A stretch of 64,000 bases of DNA from Felis catus (taxonomy: Eukaryota). Under the pieces are notes generated by a model, which worked only from the letters and a program-made list of their open reading frames with translations, searched no databases and was not told the DNA's origin. The DNA lies in contig NC_058369.1 in assembly GCF_018350175.1 (NCBI RefSeq), forward strand, positions 25,980,001 to 26,044,000. The letters are read 5' to 3'. A program made the translations under genes and the position numbers. Positions 46,667 through 60,620 of the stretch are shown piece after piece (positions within the stretch are counted from its first letter, which is position 1; each line of letters opens with the position of its first letter).

Positions 46667-49429
46667 CTGCCAGGTGAGGCTCTTGCTGGAGGAGCTGACC
46701 CAGGCGTGGGTCTGGGGTCTCTTCCAGAGAAAGCCAGGCCTTATAGTGACTCCTGTGATAGGAGGAAAGGGTGGTGGGTGATGGGCTGCACCGGGTGGGT
46801 GTGGCTGCTGGGACTTTCTCCAGAGCAAAAGGGGTTCCCTCTAGGCTGAGTCTCCTCTGTCCTCTCCCTCCCCTTCCCCCACACCTGCCCTGGCAGGTAG
46901 GGCCGCTTCCTGCTTCCTGGGCCCAGGCAGCCGCCCCATCAAGGGTGGCTTCTCTGCAGAGCTGTGTAACAGGCTGCCTCTTTTTTGGGGTCCCATCTCC
47001 TACAGCTGTGGAAGGAGAGCCCCAGAATTATCCTGGAACTCTCCCCTTTTCAGAAACCAGCTTTCCTTCTGGGGAATCTCAAGGCCTGGCTGAGCTCAAC
47101 TGGGATCGCTTCTTCTTTGTTTTAAAAATGTGTATTTGTTTAATTAAATGGGCAAAGAGACTTAAAGTAAATCAGGAGTATCCAAACATGACATGAAATC
47201 TCTTCAAAAAAGCAAAACAAAACAAACAAACAAATGAAACCACAGCACCAGAAAATCCTGGACTGCCTAATTTACCAACTGTTTACAGAGGCTGTGCTGG
47301 CTCCGCCGTGGCTTCCCGTCACTGCCCTGAACTTGGGGGTCTCATTCTAGACTTTGCCTGGTCCCTTACATTTTCCTGTTGACCCTCATGATTTTCATTC
47401 CGGAACCCACCTAGGACATAGCGTTGTCCTGACATTCCCAATTAGCCTCCCCTTCTCTGGTTGTGGACTTGTGGGCTGTTGGCAACTTCTTGCTGTGGAC
47501 CTGTTCCCACCACAGACTACATTGTTTCATTTTATTTTAAAATTATTTCTTGGATCCTATTCCCCCAAGTGGCATTCCTGGGTCAGAGTGTGACCACATT
47601 TATGACTCCTATCATTGGCTGCCTAGTTGCTCTCCAGAAAGATCTCACAGTAAACAGGTTTTCCAGCCTCTGAAGACTGGAGGGAGACTTGCCAAGTGCC
47701 AGAAGTCCCATGGGGGTGATGCCTGAGGCCTCTTCTCCCTGCTCCCGGGGCAGTTCTGGGTAATGGCCCTTCAGAAGAAAGTCCTGTCCAGCTCGGACTT
47801 CAGTTCAAGTATTCACTGCTTAGGCTGTGTTGCACTGTGCTGACAAAGACCCTGGCTCCGGTTTGTTGGGACACACTAGGTGTTCTGTGTGTTCTGTTCA
47901 TCGCCCCATTGATCACCGCCTGGAATCCTCAAGGTTTGGTTTCCTTGTCTATGTAACCATCTGCTTCACCAAGTCACTGGGAGGGTACAAAGCTTGCCCT
48001 GGTTCTGCCTAACTGCTTAGAAAATGGTCATTGCTGTTATTTCTGTGGTTGTTGTTAGTATTATTATCTGCACTTAAAGATGAGGAAACAGGAGTGAAGT
48101 AACTTGCGGAGATCACCCCGCTACTAAATGGTGACTGGAAGCTGGGTCTGCCCAGTTGTGAAACTGACCCTTAACTGACCTGCTTTTCATCGTCAGAAAT
48201 GAGTGAAATACAGCCCCTCTCCCCCAGCCGGAGAGCCCCGGAAACACCAGATTTTGCAAGTCTGGGATGTTGGGGTAGCAGCTGGACACTCACGCTTTGA
48301 GCCTTGAACAAAGTCTTGAGCAAAGAGGGAATCTCAAGGCTTTAGGTGAGAGGATGAATCCTCTGAACTGGGATGAGGGTCCCATGAGATGAGTGTCACG
48401 TCAGGAGGTGAGCAGAATCAGTTTGTATCTAGCATCAAGATGAACTTGTTGAGGGAATGGCTGCCCTGTGTTCACAGGGGTTTTTTTTTGGGGGGGGGGA
48501 GGGGAGTAGTGGTGGCGGCGGTGGTGGTGGTGGTGGTATTTCCTGCTACTTAATGGATGGTGTTTTAGTCCATAATCTGGGAAGGTATCTTTGAATGGAT
48601 ACAGGGTTTTGTATACTTTGGATAACTTCCAACAATGTACATTGTTGAGAATCATAAGAGTTGTATACAGGCGCCCAGCTCTGAGACATGAGATGGTCAG
48701 AAGCTGCCAGAGGACTGGTTTTTCTGTCTAGAATTCAGGGAAAGACAGTTCTGGCTGTTTATTCACATTTGTGATTTGTTGTAAGGTGGGCCCAGTCTAG
48801 GCTGCATCCAAAAGTTGAAGATTTTCTTCAGTTTCTTGGTCTGTCTTGGGCAGTTCATAGTGAGGCCTCAGCATAAATAATTCTAGTTGCCTGCCAGGAG
48901 CTGGCAGTTTTATTTACTTGTTTTTCCAAAAACCTTTCTGACGCTGGGCAGCTTAGCCAATTTGGAGAAAAAGGGGTCTCCCAGCCCAAGAATGACAATC
49001 AAGGCTGCCTGGAAGTTTGGGTGGTGTGTTTTGGTTTGATCCTTTAGAAGAAGGAATTCTTTCCTTTTCGGAGGATGCGGTCTGACCCTAATGTTTACTT
49101 AAGGTGCCTGTGCCAGGCCAGCGCCCCAGAGCAGGCAGGGTGTGTGTTCCCAAGACCTTGGGTCACCGGGCAGAGTTTCCAGGGTGGTGGGTCACCATGG
49201 CACTCAGCCCCTTTTCCTTCCTGTTGCCCTGCCCCCACCCAAATAACATACAAATACAGTAATCCTGAATTCTATTCTTTCCTGAACTACCTGGTAAACG
49301 CCAAGTGTGTCTTTTTAGGCGAAAGTAGTAGAGAATGCTTTAAAAGTAGCAAAGTTGCCTACTTTGTCAGAATTAACGAGTTCTGGGCCATTTGCAACAA
49401 AGTAACACAGTGCGAGATGTGGATCTTAC

Positions 49430-49640
49430 CTTAGTTAAGAGCAAGGATTCTTGGTTCAAATCCCACTTGCCACTAAGTAGCTGTTAAGAAACTTCGGTGC
49501 CTTGGTTTCCTTATCACCAAAATGGGAATGATAACTACCTCCTTTAAAAGGTTGTTATAAAAATTAAACAAGTTAATATTTTAAAAAATGTTTGGAACAG
49601 CACATGGTAAGTGCCGTGTGAGTGTTTACTCAATAAATAA
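49430..49640 (+). mobile_element. MIR (representative; similar MIRs at ~4.9, 8.1, 12.8, 38.5, 50.3, 55.5 and 60.7 kb)
   Basis: ggttcaaatcccac…cttggtttccttatcaccaaaatgggaatgataa core. Confidence 0.75.
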
Positions 49641-50789
49641 AGTACTGGCCAGTAGTGTTCTCAACAGCCATGCTGGAGGGTTTGCACGCCTAAAGGACGT
49701 TTGAAATCAGGGCCACACTGGGGAGTCCAGCTTGGTTGGCTAGTGTCGCTGCTGCTTGCTATAACAGGGCTGTGGACTAGCTTCCTTGGAAGGGGAGGAC
49801 CCCTGGTTATGTTGTGGCTGCCTCCGAGGCCCATTCATAGCAGCTTTGTTTCTGAGACCTGGACTGGAGCTTGGGGCAGCTGGTCATTCCATCCTTTCAC
49901 CCCGTGCGGGAATCTCTGGGCCAGATCACTTCCAGATGGCAGTTTGGGCTCTGCGGAGCTCCTCCAGCAACGGCAGAGCCAGAGTGCCGGGCAGCAGCTG
50001 CCTTCCTTCTTGGAGAGGCTGTGCTGAAGGGAGGGCTTTGATTTGGACCCAGATTACGTCTCCTGGGCACTACCCCTCCCCTCCTTGCCGGGACACTGGT
50101 TTTGTGCTGGGGCGGGTGTACCGAGTAGTTGAGGATGGCTGCCTTGCTCCTTGGGCAACAGACGCTCAGGCTCAGAGCCTTTGGGCCTTGGCTGCAGTGG
50201 TTTCAGGGCGGGGGGTACCACGTCATCTGCTTTCTCCATAAATGGCCTCTGGGTCAGCACATAGTAGGCTATCATAGATATAGCTGAAGGGTTCAGGGCG
50301 TGCGTCTGAAGCTAGATTGCCAGGATTCTAAGCCCCACTCTGCTCCCTAACAGCTGTGCAACTCTGGTCCACTGCCTTAACCTTTCTGAGCCTCAGTTTC
50401 CCCATTTGTAAAATGGAGAATAGTTGTTCCTATATTAGTTGCTGAGAGCGTTATATGTGACTAAGTTAAGTTTATAGCATAGTGCTGGCATTATCATTAT
50501 TGATATCAATATGCTTCTGAACCCTTAAAGTCTAGGACTTTGTCTTGTTTTCCATCTACTCTCTGGCCAGTCCTACTGCTGTCATCTGGTGTGTCAGATA
50601 TTTCCTTCCCCCCAGCTTGGAACTTCTGATGCAGATGCCTCCTAAGATCCTTTCTTTCTTCCTTTCCTTATTCAGTAAATCTAGGAACGACCAACTCTGG
50701 GCCAGGCCCGGTGCTAGGGCCAGAGGGATAATGAGAGTCAAGGCCCCAGCTTGCATCCTATACTGCTCAATGCAGAGGAGGGAGTAACC

Positions 50790-50965
50790 AGAGAGTGTCC
50801 TTGAACCTTCAGGCACACACAAAAATCACCTGGGGACCTTGGTAAAACTGTGGGTCTGATCAGTAGGTCAGGTGAGAAGGCTGAGATTCCGTACTTCCAG
50901 CCCCCTCCCAGTTGCTACTGTTGGTGGCGTTGGTGGCGGTGGTAGGCCACTCTGGAGGTAGTAAA
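50790..50965 (+). mobile_element. MER5A-like element
   Basis: aatcacctggggaccttggtaaaa…tctgatcagtaggtc…ctgagattc. Confidence 0.6.
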
Positions 50966-53900
50966 GATCTAGAGGGCAAGCCCTCTTGGGGGGGGTGGGG
51001 GGGGAGAGGAGCACCTTCCCTCAGGCTGGGATGGGTAGTCTGGAGGGCTCCCTGGAGGGAGGGCCTTTAAGCCGGGGCCTATACCCTGACTAGAATTAGG
51101 CAGGCGAACAGTTAGCCAAGTGAGGCACAGAGTTTGTCACACGGAGGTCAGAGGGGTGGCACAGGTGACAGGAGCTGTCTCACAAAGGGCCTTCTGAGGC
51201 AGGAGGCTGCCAGCCAGGCATCTTCCTTGAGGAGGCTTGGTGTAGGGTAGGTAAACCCAGCTGAAATGGATCATCTGATCTGGGGCCCTCTTGACTGTTA
51301 CTCCAGTCATTCCTGCCAGTAAAAAATTTTAATGTGCCCCTTTCTCATGTATGCAAATTTATAAGCTATATTCATATATTATTGTCAGCCTGTATATTAA
51401 ATATTAGTAACACTTACCTTCATTTTAGAGGACAAATCCAAATATAAAATCTGATTTTTCCTGTGCTCTAATGAATTATCTTGCACACCTTGTGGTACAT
51501 ATGCCCTATTTGGAGGCCCCCTGAGGGCTTGTATTTCTGCATTTCACCTCCCCCTGCCCCCCATGTTGTTGCTATTCTGCATTTAGTTTTGATGTTTGGT
51601 TATCCTCAGTTAAGGAGGTGGATCTATAATTCTGTCCCTTTCCCCCAACACGTTGAACCAAATGAATAAACCCAATGGAATGAGTCATTTCAGTCTAAAT
51701 GGGTGCAATTTCCTGCTCTTATAATGATTAAAATTGCCTTTCATGACATTCTACTAGAAGCCATCCTTCATTACTGTTGTAAATCTAGTTATCCATTAAA
51801 CGTGTTCAATAATCACCAGATTGGCTCCGGTTACTGTATAATAAACAACAGCACTTTCCCCTTCTGGGGCTTGGAAAGTGGCCTTGTATTTTTTAAGTGC
51901 CTTGCTCACTTTTCTTGGGAAATTGAGTCCATGTTCTAGGGAGAGAGTTTTGGGGAAAGATGATTAGAAAACCAAATGGTTCTCTTTATATACTAAAGGA
52001 TAAAGCAGTACATGAGAGTAGTTATACATGGTATAAAGGATGGAACTGTTGGGTATTTTCATTCTGTCCACTTAGTGTCATGATTTTTTTCATCCCCAAA
52101 CATACTGTGCTATCCATGCAGTTGCTACCTTTCTTCCAAGAGCCTTACAGCAGTTGCCTTAAATACATTCGTTTGATAAGTTGTAGATAGTTGTCATAAC
52201 TCTTCTGCAAGCTGTTCAGTTATAAGAAAAAAAAAAAAAGATGGGATTTTACTTATACCCAAACATAACTTTTACCTTCCCTGATCCCCTTTTGACCAGT
52301 CTCTGTGCAGTAGAATGTCCCTGGTTAAGATTTTCTTGTACTATTAGCAAAAAGCAGTTTGGTTTTTCACTTAGTCAGGACTGGTTATAGGTCTGAATTA
52401 TTTTGACAGAACATGTGACCTCCTCCTTTCCCCCATCATCAAAACCTAGCATAGGTAGAATGGATAGGTAAGGAGGACACTTGTCCTCCTCCTGCATATT
52501 CCTTGGCTTTTCCAAGGATGCACACGGATGAAGACATTTGTGTACTGAGTGTTGAGGTGTGCACATGCATCCTCTCACATAATATCTAACATTTTCCTAT
52601 GGCTGCCATCTGCTAAGTATGTCCTGAGTACCTTGCCTTTATTGCTTCTAATCCTCATTATGAACCCTGCAAAGTGAGTGCCTTTGTATTTATTTCCACT
52701 TTACAGGTGAGAAAACTGAGGCTCAAATCAGCCTCCCTTCACATGCCAGGCATGATGTTTGCCTGCATTAAACTGCAAAGTATTTTTTTTTTTCGTCTTA
52801 AAGTTTGGTTTCATACTTAAACTAGATATACTGTAATGAGAGAATTCATGCAGCTTTAGTTTAGTCCTTTTTTTGTTTGTTTTTTGCTTGAAATGCTCCT
52901 TGAGCTTGATTAGTGTGAAATTGAAATTCTCTTCTACAGAACAAAACTTTTTTTTTGGCCCGTTGGCCATGCCTCTTCCAGTACTGTAGAGCTTTGGGGC
53001 CTTCTTTTCCGTTCTGGGGCACCTCTGCCTTTATTTGGTTCCCAGGGGCAGTGATTTCACTGCAGGTTTGCAGTGGGGACCCGCTGGAGGCTGCTTTGGG
53101 CAGCCAGGCAGGGCTTCCTTTGTGAGGCCTAGAGGCCAGAGATGAGGAGGAGGTGCCCCTGGAATTTCTCCTGGTTGCACTCCTGTGGGGCTCACGGTGC
53201 ACACCACTTGCGGGGGTGGGGGGGTGGGGAGTGGTGGGGTTTGTGGAGACCTCGCTGTGCTGGGAGATCCTTGGTGACAGTCACCATTGGCACAATCGAG
53301 CCCTCTCCAAAATGACCTCCCTCTCCATCCTTTCCTTCTGCCACCTTTAAACATTAACCGGCGGGAGAGTGTGTTGGGTTGTGCCTGCTGCTGAGCAGAA
53401 CCTTTCTTTTCTGGCTGGCATTTCGCCTTTATCAGTCTGGCCGCCCTGGCACAAGCCGCTGCCCGCTCCCATGCCAAGCCAGCAGCTCCTGGCTCATCTT
53501 CATGGAGCCTTGCTGTGTCGCGTAGCTCCGCCAAGCTGCTCCAGAGCTGAACTTGTGTCCCCAAGGGCTTCTCCTACAGCACTCCCAAGAAAGGAAGCCG
53601 GGCTGGCAGGCCTACTCAGTGCTCAGCCTTCCCCAGAAATCGCAGGGGCTGGTTTGTTGCAAGGTCTGGGCGTTAACACAACACTCCTGTTCTCCCTCTC
53701 TGAAGGCCCTTTATGCTGGCATGAATTCCTTTTCTCATGGAGATCTGAAAGCTCTTTTGACTAAATGGGTCACCTTTCTGGGTATTTTCATAAGGCTGGT
53801 CAGCTTTTGCCATGCCAGACAACTTCTCTGGAATTTCCGTTTAGATATAACGAGAACACAGTGTGGAATTTTGGCTTTTGAGCTATAGGGAAATGGGTGG

Positions 53901-55676
53901 GGATTTGTGGCAGGGATATGTAAATTTGCTGCGGCCCATAAATTCAGATTTTAAGATTAAAAAAGGCACGCAGCAGTCGGCTTTCCTTCTACAAACAAGA
54001 ATGGTGTTACTTTCGGCCCCCTGCTGCTTGTGACCGAGGCAGAGGCAGGCCTCCCGTGGAGGCTGGGGTCTGAAAAGATTCTCGGTTGCTAAAATCAGAT
54101 TCCTTCGTGTCCCCTGCCGCCCCCAAGAAAATAATCAAGTTCTTATCGTGCTGGTACTGCACTGCTTGTGTGAATCACCCTGATTCCTCTGTACCTCCCT
54201 GAAGTGATTTATCAGATATTCCAGGGAAACGGGAATTATTTGGCATTCTGCGGTCTGTTAGGAGCATGGCTGGGCCTGGGGTTTCTTTTCAAGAACAAAG
54301 TGATTGTTCCCTTGGTGGCTTAAAGCCTGCCCGAGGCAGGGGGGTGGGGGTGGGGGTGGGGTACTAGGCGCCACCCTCCAGGGGACCAAAGGTGCTGAGG
54401 TCTTAGGGCTCAGTCCCGAAAAGGCCTTTGTAACTAGGCGGTTCTGGGTTGTGTTTATAAGACTCCTTGTCAGCGGAGGCAGAGGCTGGAAGGCCAATGG
54501 TGTCTAGCTGGTGGGATGAGGGGCCTCTCTGTGGGGCTTCCAGCCCTCCAGGAGCAGCACCCAGTCTGTTCTGAGAGGAGGAGCCTTAGGAATCTTGGCT
54601 TGCGAGCACCCAGGCAGTGGCATGTCACATTCCTTATCTGCACCAAAGGAGGCAAGCTGGCACCTGGGGAATGCCTCTCCTGTCCGGGAGTCCTTTATAG
54701 GAAATGATCCAGGTGTCACATTACGTGTCCTGTCGGGCATGCATCCCTTACCACAATTACCTCTCCTGTCCCTTGGCACTCTTGTTTGACACCTGTGGGA
54801 AGTCACATCTGAGGTGCGGGGCTTGAGACCCTCTCCTGGACACCCACGTCTCCCCACTCACCCCATGCCCACCCCATTTCATAGCTTCCTGAGCTCTATA
54901 GATCTCCTAACTTGCCTGTTTTGCTCTCCCACTGGATCATGACTGCTGATTCAGGGGCAGGTGTTGAATCCTGTGTTCACCTCCTTGGCTCCGAGCTTGG
55001 CACCTAGTAGGAACATAATAAGTAAGTTATTGGGTAAATACACAGCTTCAGGCATAGATGGGTTGAATAATAAATCTGATACATTAAATTGGTTTGCAAG
55101 AGACTTGCTTTCAGAAAATGCAAAATACTTAGCCTTTGGGGCCAGTAGTGAAGTGGGAATTATGTGCAGTGGACCTCGGGGTCCAGGGTCCCAGTAGAAC
55201 ACCTCATTTTTGGGACAGTGATGCTGAACTTAAAGAATTCAGCGCTTCATAGTCATTCTCTGAACGTCTATGATTTGCTTCAACTGTTAGAGAATAAGGC
55301 CTTTTCCTAGTGATCATGCAAGGCTTAGAAAAGGGATATAAATGGAAGCCACTGAGAGTCACTATAGTAATAGTAGCCTAGCTTCATTAATAATAATGAA
55401 TATATATTGAATCCCTACCAATACCAGAAATTGTGATCAATGCTTTTCACTGATAGCTAAATGAAGCCTAATTGCAATCCTGTGGGATGTAGTTATTGTT
55501 GTAATCCCCATTATACAGATGAGGAAACTGAGGCATGCCCCAGATCAGCCACTGAATATGTGGCAGACTATGATTCAAACCCTTGTCTGAGAAATTTTAA
55601 CCCTCAAAGGAAAATCATCATCATGCATTCAGAATTCACTTCTAAATACTTTTTTTTTATATTAAAATGTTGTTTT

Positions 55677-55882
55677 GGGGGGTGCCTGGGTGGGTCAGTC
55701 GGCTAAGCATCTGACTCTTGATTTTGGCTCAGGTGATGATCTCAGGGTTCATGGTTCAGGCCCCGTGTCAGGCTCTGGGCTGACAGTGTGGAGCCTGCTT
55801 GGAATTCTCTCTCCCCCTCTATCTGCCCCTCCCTCACATGCACTCTTTCTCTCTCTCAAAATAAATAAGTAAGCTTAAAAAA
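55677..55882 (+). mobile_element. Can-SINE
   Basis: Full element. Confidence 0.92.
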
Positions 55883-58866
55883 GAGTTGCATTTGTGCTTA
55901 TTGTAAGAGAGTTGCAAGAACAGAGAGAAATACAAAGAAAAAAACCATATCACATGTTGTGAGAAACCTTAACAAATGTTTTTCTACTTTTTGGGAATTT
56001 TGGGTAATGGCTGCCTTTTGATCAGAATGGGAAAAGGGGATTGCATTTTCTCAGGAAAAACGAGACTGGACCGGAAACGTTTTGTGAAATCATTTTGATC
56101 ATACTGATGGTTGTAACAAGACTCATCCTCAAATTACCGCGGAGCTGTGCCAGCATTAAAATTGGAGGTCTTGGTTGAGGCTCATGGTTTGCAAGTCTCC
56201 CTTGGTCTAGAAATATGTTTTGGTCAACCACAGAGTGGGGGTGTTTCATCTACTTTCTGCCTCTTAAAAGTTTTTAGTACCAACTTTTATTGGGACTGCC
56301 AGGGTCTCTTAATAATAGTTATTATGTTTGGTAACTATTATGCCCTCTTCTCATGGTTAGCCTAGCATGGAAATTCATTGACTTTTTAGTTGCTCAGCTC
56401 TATTAGCAATTTAAATGTCTCAAATATGAGCCGAACAGAATGTAGTTGGGCAGCTTGGTTCACCCGTGCCCATCTGGGAACTTTTAGAAGTTTGAATATT
56501 ATATGCATGGCTGGTGTTTTGAAACATTTTCTCAACAGCCCTCAGGACACTAGCCTGTCTCAGCCTTGTTCGAAGTAAAGGAGTTGGAATGAGACCGCTT
56601 CCTGAGTGTGCTTAAGAGGACAGGTCAGTTAGACCCTGCCACTTGCCGGCTGGGAGACCCGAGGCAAGTTCCTTGACCTCTCTGAGGTTCCATGTCCCAG
56701 GCTATCAACAGTGCCTCAGCTGTTGGTGTTGTTGAAGATTAAACGGTACAGTCTTTATAAAGCATGTGGCAGATGATAAGTGCCCCATGAATGGTGGTCT
56801 TTCCTTCCTCCTCCCCTTTCTCTCTCCTCCTTCTTTGGCCTGGGGTGGCCCCCTCAGACTGGAGGAAGAAGTGACCTAATTATCTTGGAAGAAGAGAGGT
56901 GGGTGGGAATACTCCCAGAAATTGGTCAAAGGTACCTCATACTGAATAAGCTGCTTTTAGAAGAGGTGATGGGTTTTTCACTGGCTGCTGGGCAGGAACC
57001 ATGGGTCAGAGGCACTTCCTGGTCTTCCGGCCAAGCTTCCTTAGGTTAAGGGTAGAAAACAGGTGCCAACTATTCTTGACGTCTTCCCCCACTTTCCCTT
57101 TTGTCCTGTTTGGCTAACGGATCTGTTGTTTTAACTAGCTTTTTGGCCCCTCCTTTCTTTCTTTAATCCTTTTTGTCTCTTAGGATGTCCTCCACTCCCA
57201 TTTCTTTCCTGGTTTTGCTCTCATGGAAGGGGCTGTTATACTGCCCAGGTGATATGCTCGTGGGTGTGAGCCTTGGCTCTGCCCCTTGAGAGCTGGCTGA
57301 CCCCAGGGAGTGTTTTGCCTCTAGGAGCCTGTCTTCTAGATGCAGAATGTGATGATAAACTGCTCTGCCTTATTGAGTTCTAAGGTATAAAGAGAATGTG
57401 TGTCTCAAGCCCTTAGCACCGCTCCTGGTCATAGGCAGTGATCAGTAAATGACAGCTGCTGCTCTTGTGTTGCTGGCATCGGCATAATTACTGTGCAGCC
57501 CCACACCTCCCACTTCACCCTTCGCAGGGCTCAGTCGAGGAGGATGGAGAGGAAGTGGCCATGCTGCAGATGAGACTGTGCTCACTGCCTCAGTGTGTGC
57601 TTCCAATCTGGAACAAAGGGGTGTGTACCAGCTGCCGTCCCTGAGCCAGGCTTGGCTCTGCCTTGGCCCTGGGCACTGTTTCCTCTCCCTCTAGTCCTGG
57701 CCCTTTGATACCTGGGATCATGGTGGGGCTTCCTGCCAAGATTTTTGCTGTCCTGGGTGTGGTCTGAAGCCCAGCACTGCCCAAACTCATGTCATGGAGC
57801 TAGTGACAATATTTTTACAGTAGTGCTTGGAAACTGGGATCCTGGGGTCACACCCTGTACAAACAGCATCAGGGTTATTGGACTGGGGTGACTGGAGGAG
57901 ATCGGCACCAGAAAATTCTATGGCTCCTAAGTCTAGAAGGATGTGGGAGGTTGTGTGGGGAGGGGCATCATTCCCAGTTCTTTTCAGGGGTACACTAGTC
58001 TTAGTCCTGCCTGGCTGAAGGGATCTGTGTCTTGTGCGGCTGCCTATTTCCTTCAGTTTCTCCATGAATACAAGCTGCCTGCTGTTTTCCTGGCTGGGCC
58101 AGATTTCTAATACTGCAGCCTTTTAAGGGAGTGTCATTTTTAGGTTGTCTCTTTTAGGGGCAGAGAACACCCAACACCTTTCCCAGAGGTAGAATTTGTG
58201 GGGGTTTTACTTGAGTGATGACTAATGCGTATCTTTGCATTTTAATGACGGGAAGAAATTAGTCAGCCTGGGCACTGTTTCCATGTGACAGGGCAAAAAT
58301 TTAAACACTTGCACAATGGCTTTTGTTTCACCAGCTATTAAAGTTGACCATCAGGCGTTATCAATAAGATCAGCAGGTGTTCACCGCTCTGCTTCCGGAG
58401 ACCAGTCTGTAGTCCTGGGAAAGGCCCAGAGCAAGCTGGATTTGGCACGACTGTGGGTCCTGGGCAGACCTGGGCCCGTTTCCACCATCACTGGGGCCTT
58501 GGAGAGGCCCTGCCTCTGTCTCTCAGCTTGTTTTCCTGTCTGTGAAAGGGGAGAACTGGACTAGTCTGTGTCTCCCAAACTTCAGTCATTCGTAAAGAAA
58601 CCACTTATATTATTTTTGCCATGTCCCATGGCTGCCTCTATTTCATTTTTCTTAATATCTGCCTCCCCCCACCTCCGTAGTTGACTCATTTTGAAATCAA
58701 GTGCATTTGAAAAGGAGACTTTTGTCACTGTTGTAACAAAAAAAGCAGTGTCACTAGGTAAATCGAGGTAAGCGTAAATAAACCCAAAACAGTGTTTTGA
58801 AATTCTGGCTAGCGCTATTGCCTATTGTTAGCAGGAGGCCAACTCTTTTGGTTAAAAAGGAAAATT

Positions 58867-59070
58867 AGGGGTGCCTTGGTCGGTTAAGCGTCTGATTTCG
58901 GCTCAGGTCATGATCTCATGGTTTGGGAGTTCAAGTCCTGTGTCGCGCTCTGTGCTGACAGCTCAGAGCCTGGAATCTGCTTCAGATTCTGTGTCTCCCT
59001 CTCTCTCCCTGCCCCTCCCCCACTCACACTTTGCCTCTCTCAAAAATAAACATTAAAAAAATTTTTTTTA
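58867..59070 (+). mobile_element. Can-SINE
   Basis: TSD aaaaaggaaaattag. Confidence 0.93.
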
Positions 59071-59509
59071 AAAAGGAAAATTAGCCAGAGATAGGTGTTC
59101 AGAGTAACCTAGCACCACATTGAGCCTTTTCCCCTGACCTACACAGAAGAATTGAGAAAGAATTGGAAAGAGAGTAATGTCTTAGTGATGCAAAGAGACT
59201 GATAGAGTGTCACCAATAGCTCAGAATAGTAATGTATAGATGCTTTGTTTGATACATACTTGTAGAGCCTTCGTTGAGTGCCAGGATCTGTGCCAGGATC
59301 CTAGAGGCTAGGACAAAGGGGACTGGGGCTTGGTCACCTGTCTTGGGAAGCTCACAATCTAATGGGAATCCTAGAAGTAGGTTAATGTAAATGAAGAGCA
59401 GGACAGGCCACAAAGGTTTCAGTAAGAAAATCACAGAACTAAGTTCTGTCATGTATATAGGAGTCTTTTACAAATAAAAGTTGTTTAGAAAATTAAATTT
59501 CATTTGGAA

Positions 59510-59691
59510 TTTTTAAAAAAAGTTGATTGATTGATTGATTGATTGATTGACTGAGAGAGAGAGAATCCCAAGCAGGCTCTGTGCTATAAGTACATGCCCC
59601 ATGTGGGGCTTGATCTCACAAACTGTGGGATCATGACCTGAGTTGAAATCAAGAGTTGGATGCTGAACCAACTGAGCCATCCAGGCACCCC
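59510..59691 (-). mobile_element. Can-SINE with a (TTGA)n tail
   Basis: Reverse-complement head …ccatccaggcacccc. Confidence 0.9.
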
Positions 59692-60175
59692 ATAATTTGA
59701 ATTTTTTTAAGTGAATAAACCCATTTCAGTCCAGAATGATTCTAGAGAAATGGAATATATTAAAGTTGTGTCATTGTTCTTATGGTGTTAAGAGAATAAT
59801 CCATCTTAACCCTTTATGTGGTGGTAACCGACCTTAATTCCCTAAAGCCTAATTTGAGTTTTGAGCTCTTTTGGAGTCTATGTCCATTGTAAATAGATAC
59901 AAACAAGATGGCCTGATCTGCTCTTTATGACACTGTTCCCCCCCACCCCTCGCCCCGGTCTCAGAGTAGCATGTCCTGTAGTTTCTGCAAGCAAGATATA
60001 CCCCAAGATTGGACTTTTGAAATGCCTCCAGCTAGTGTCCAGGAATGAGTGGTGTTTTTTAAGGTAGTGGGATTGAGGCTGAGTCTGATTTTCCTGTCCA
60101 TCTGCCAGCTGAGGGCAACACCTACTTCTCTTGGGTTTCTGGGAGGAGGGAAGTTACGGTTAAGAATGAGGACTT

Positions 60176-60620
60176 GGGGGGCACCTGGGTGGCTCAGTCA
60201 GTTAAGTGTCCAACTTTGGCTCAGATCATGATCTCACGGTCTGTAAGTTTGAACCCCGTGTCAGGCTCTGTGCTGACAGCTCAGAGCCTAGAGCCTGCTT
60301 CAGATTCTGTATCTCCCTCTTTCTGCCCCTTCCCCACTTGCGCTCTGTCTCTCTCTGTCTCTCAAAAATAAATAAACGTTAAAAAAACACAAAACAATGA
60401 GGACTTGGGAGGCACCTGGGTAACTCAGTCAGTTAAGCAACTGCCTCTTGGTTTTGGTTCAGGTCATGATCTCACGGTTCGTGAGATTGAGCCCTGTGTG
60501 GGGCTCTGTGCTTATCACGTGGAGCCTGTTTGAGATTCTCTCCTCTCTATTCCTCCCCTGCTCATGCATGCACACACTCTCTCTCAAAATAAAAAAGTAA
60601 ACATTTTAAAAAATAAAAGG
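60176..60620 (+). mobile_element. Two tandem Can-SINEs (60176-60392, 60407-60620)
   Basis: aatgaggacttggg precedes both heads. Confidence 0.92.

Noticed and set aside
4494..58128. Window-wide CArG-box enrichment
   Set aside because: About 8 seen versus roughly 4 expected by chance, and several lie inside LTR/L1 fragments. Only the TEAD-associated one is highlighted.
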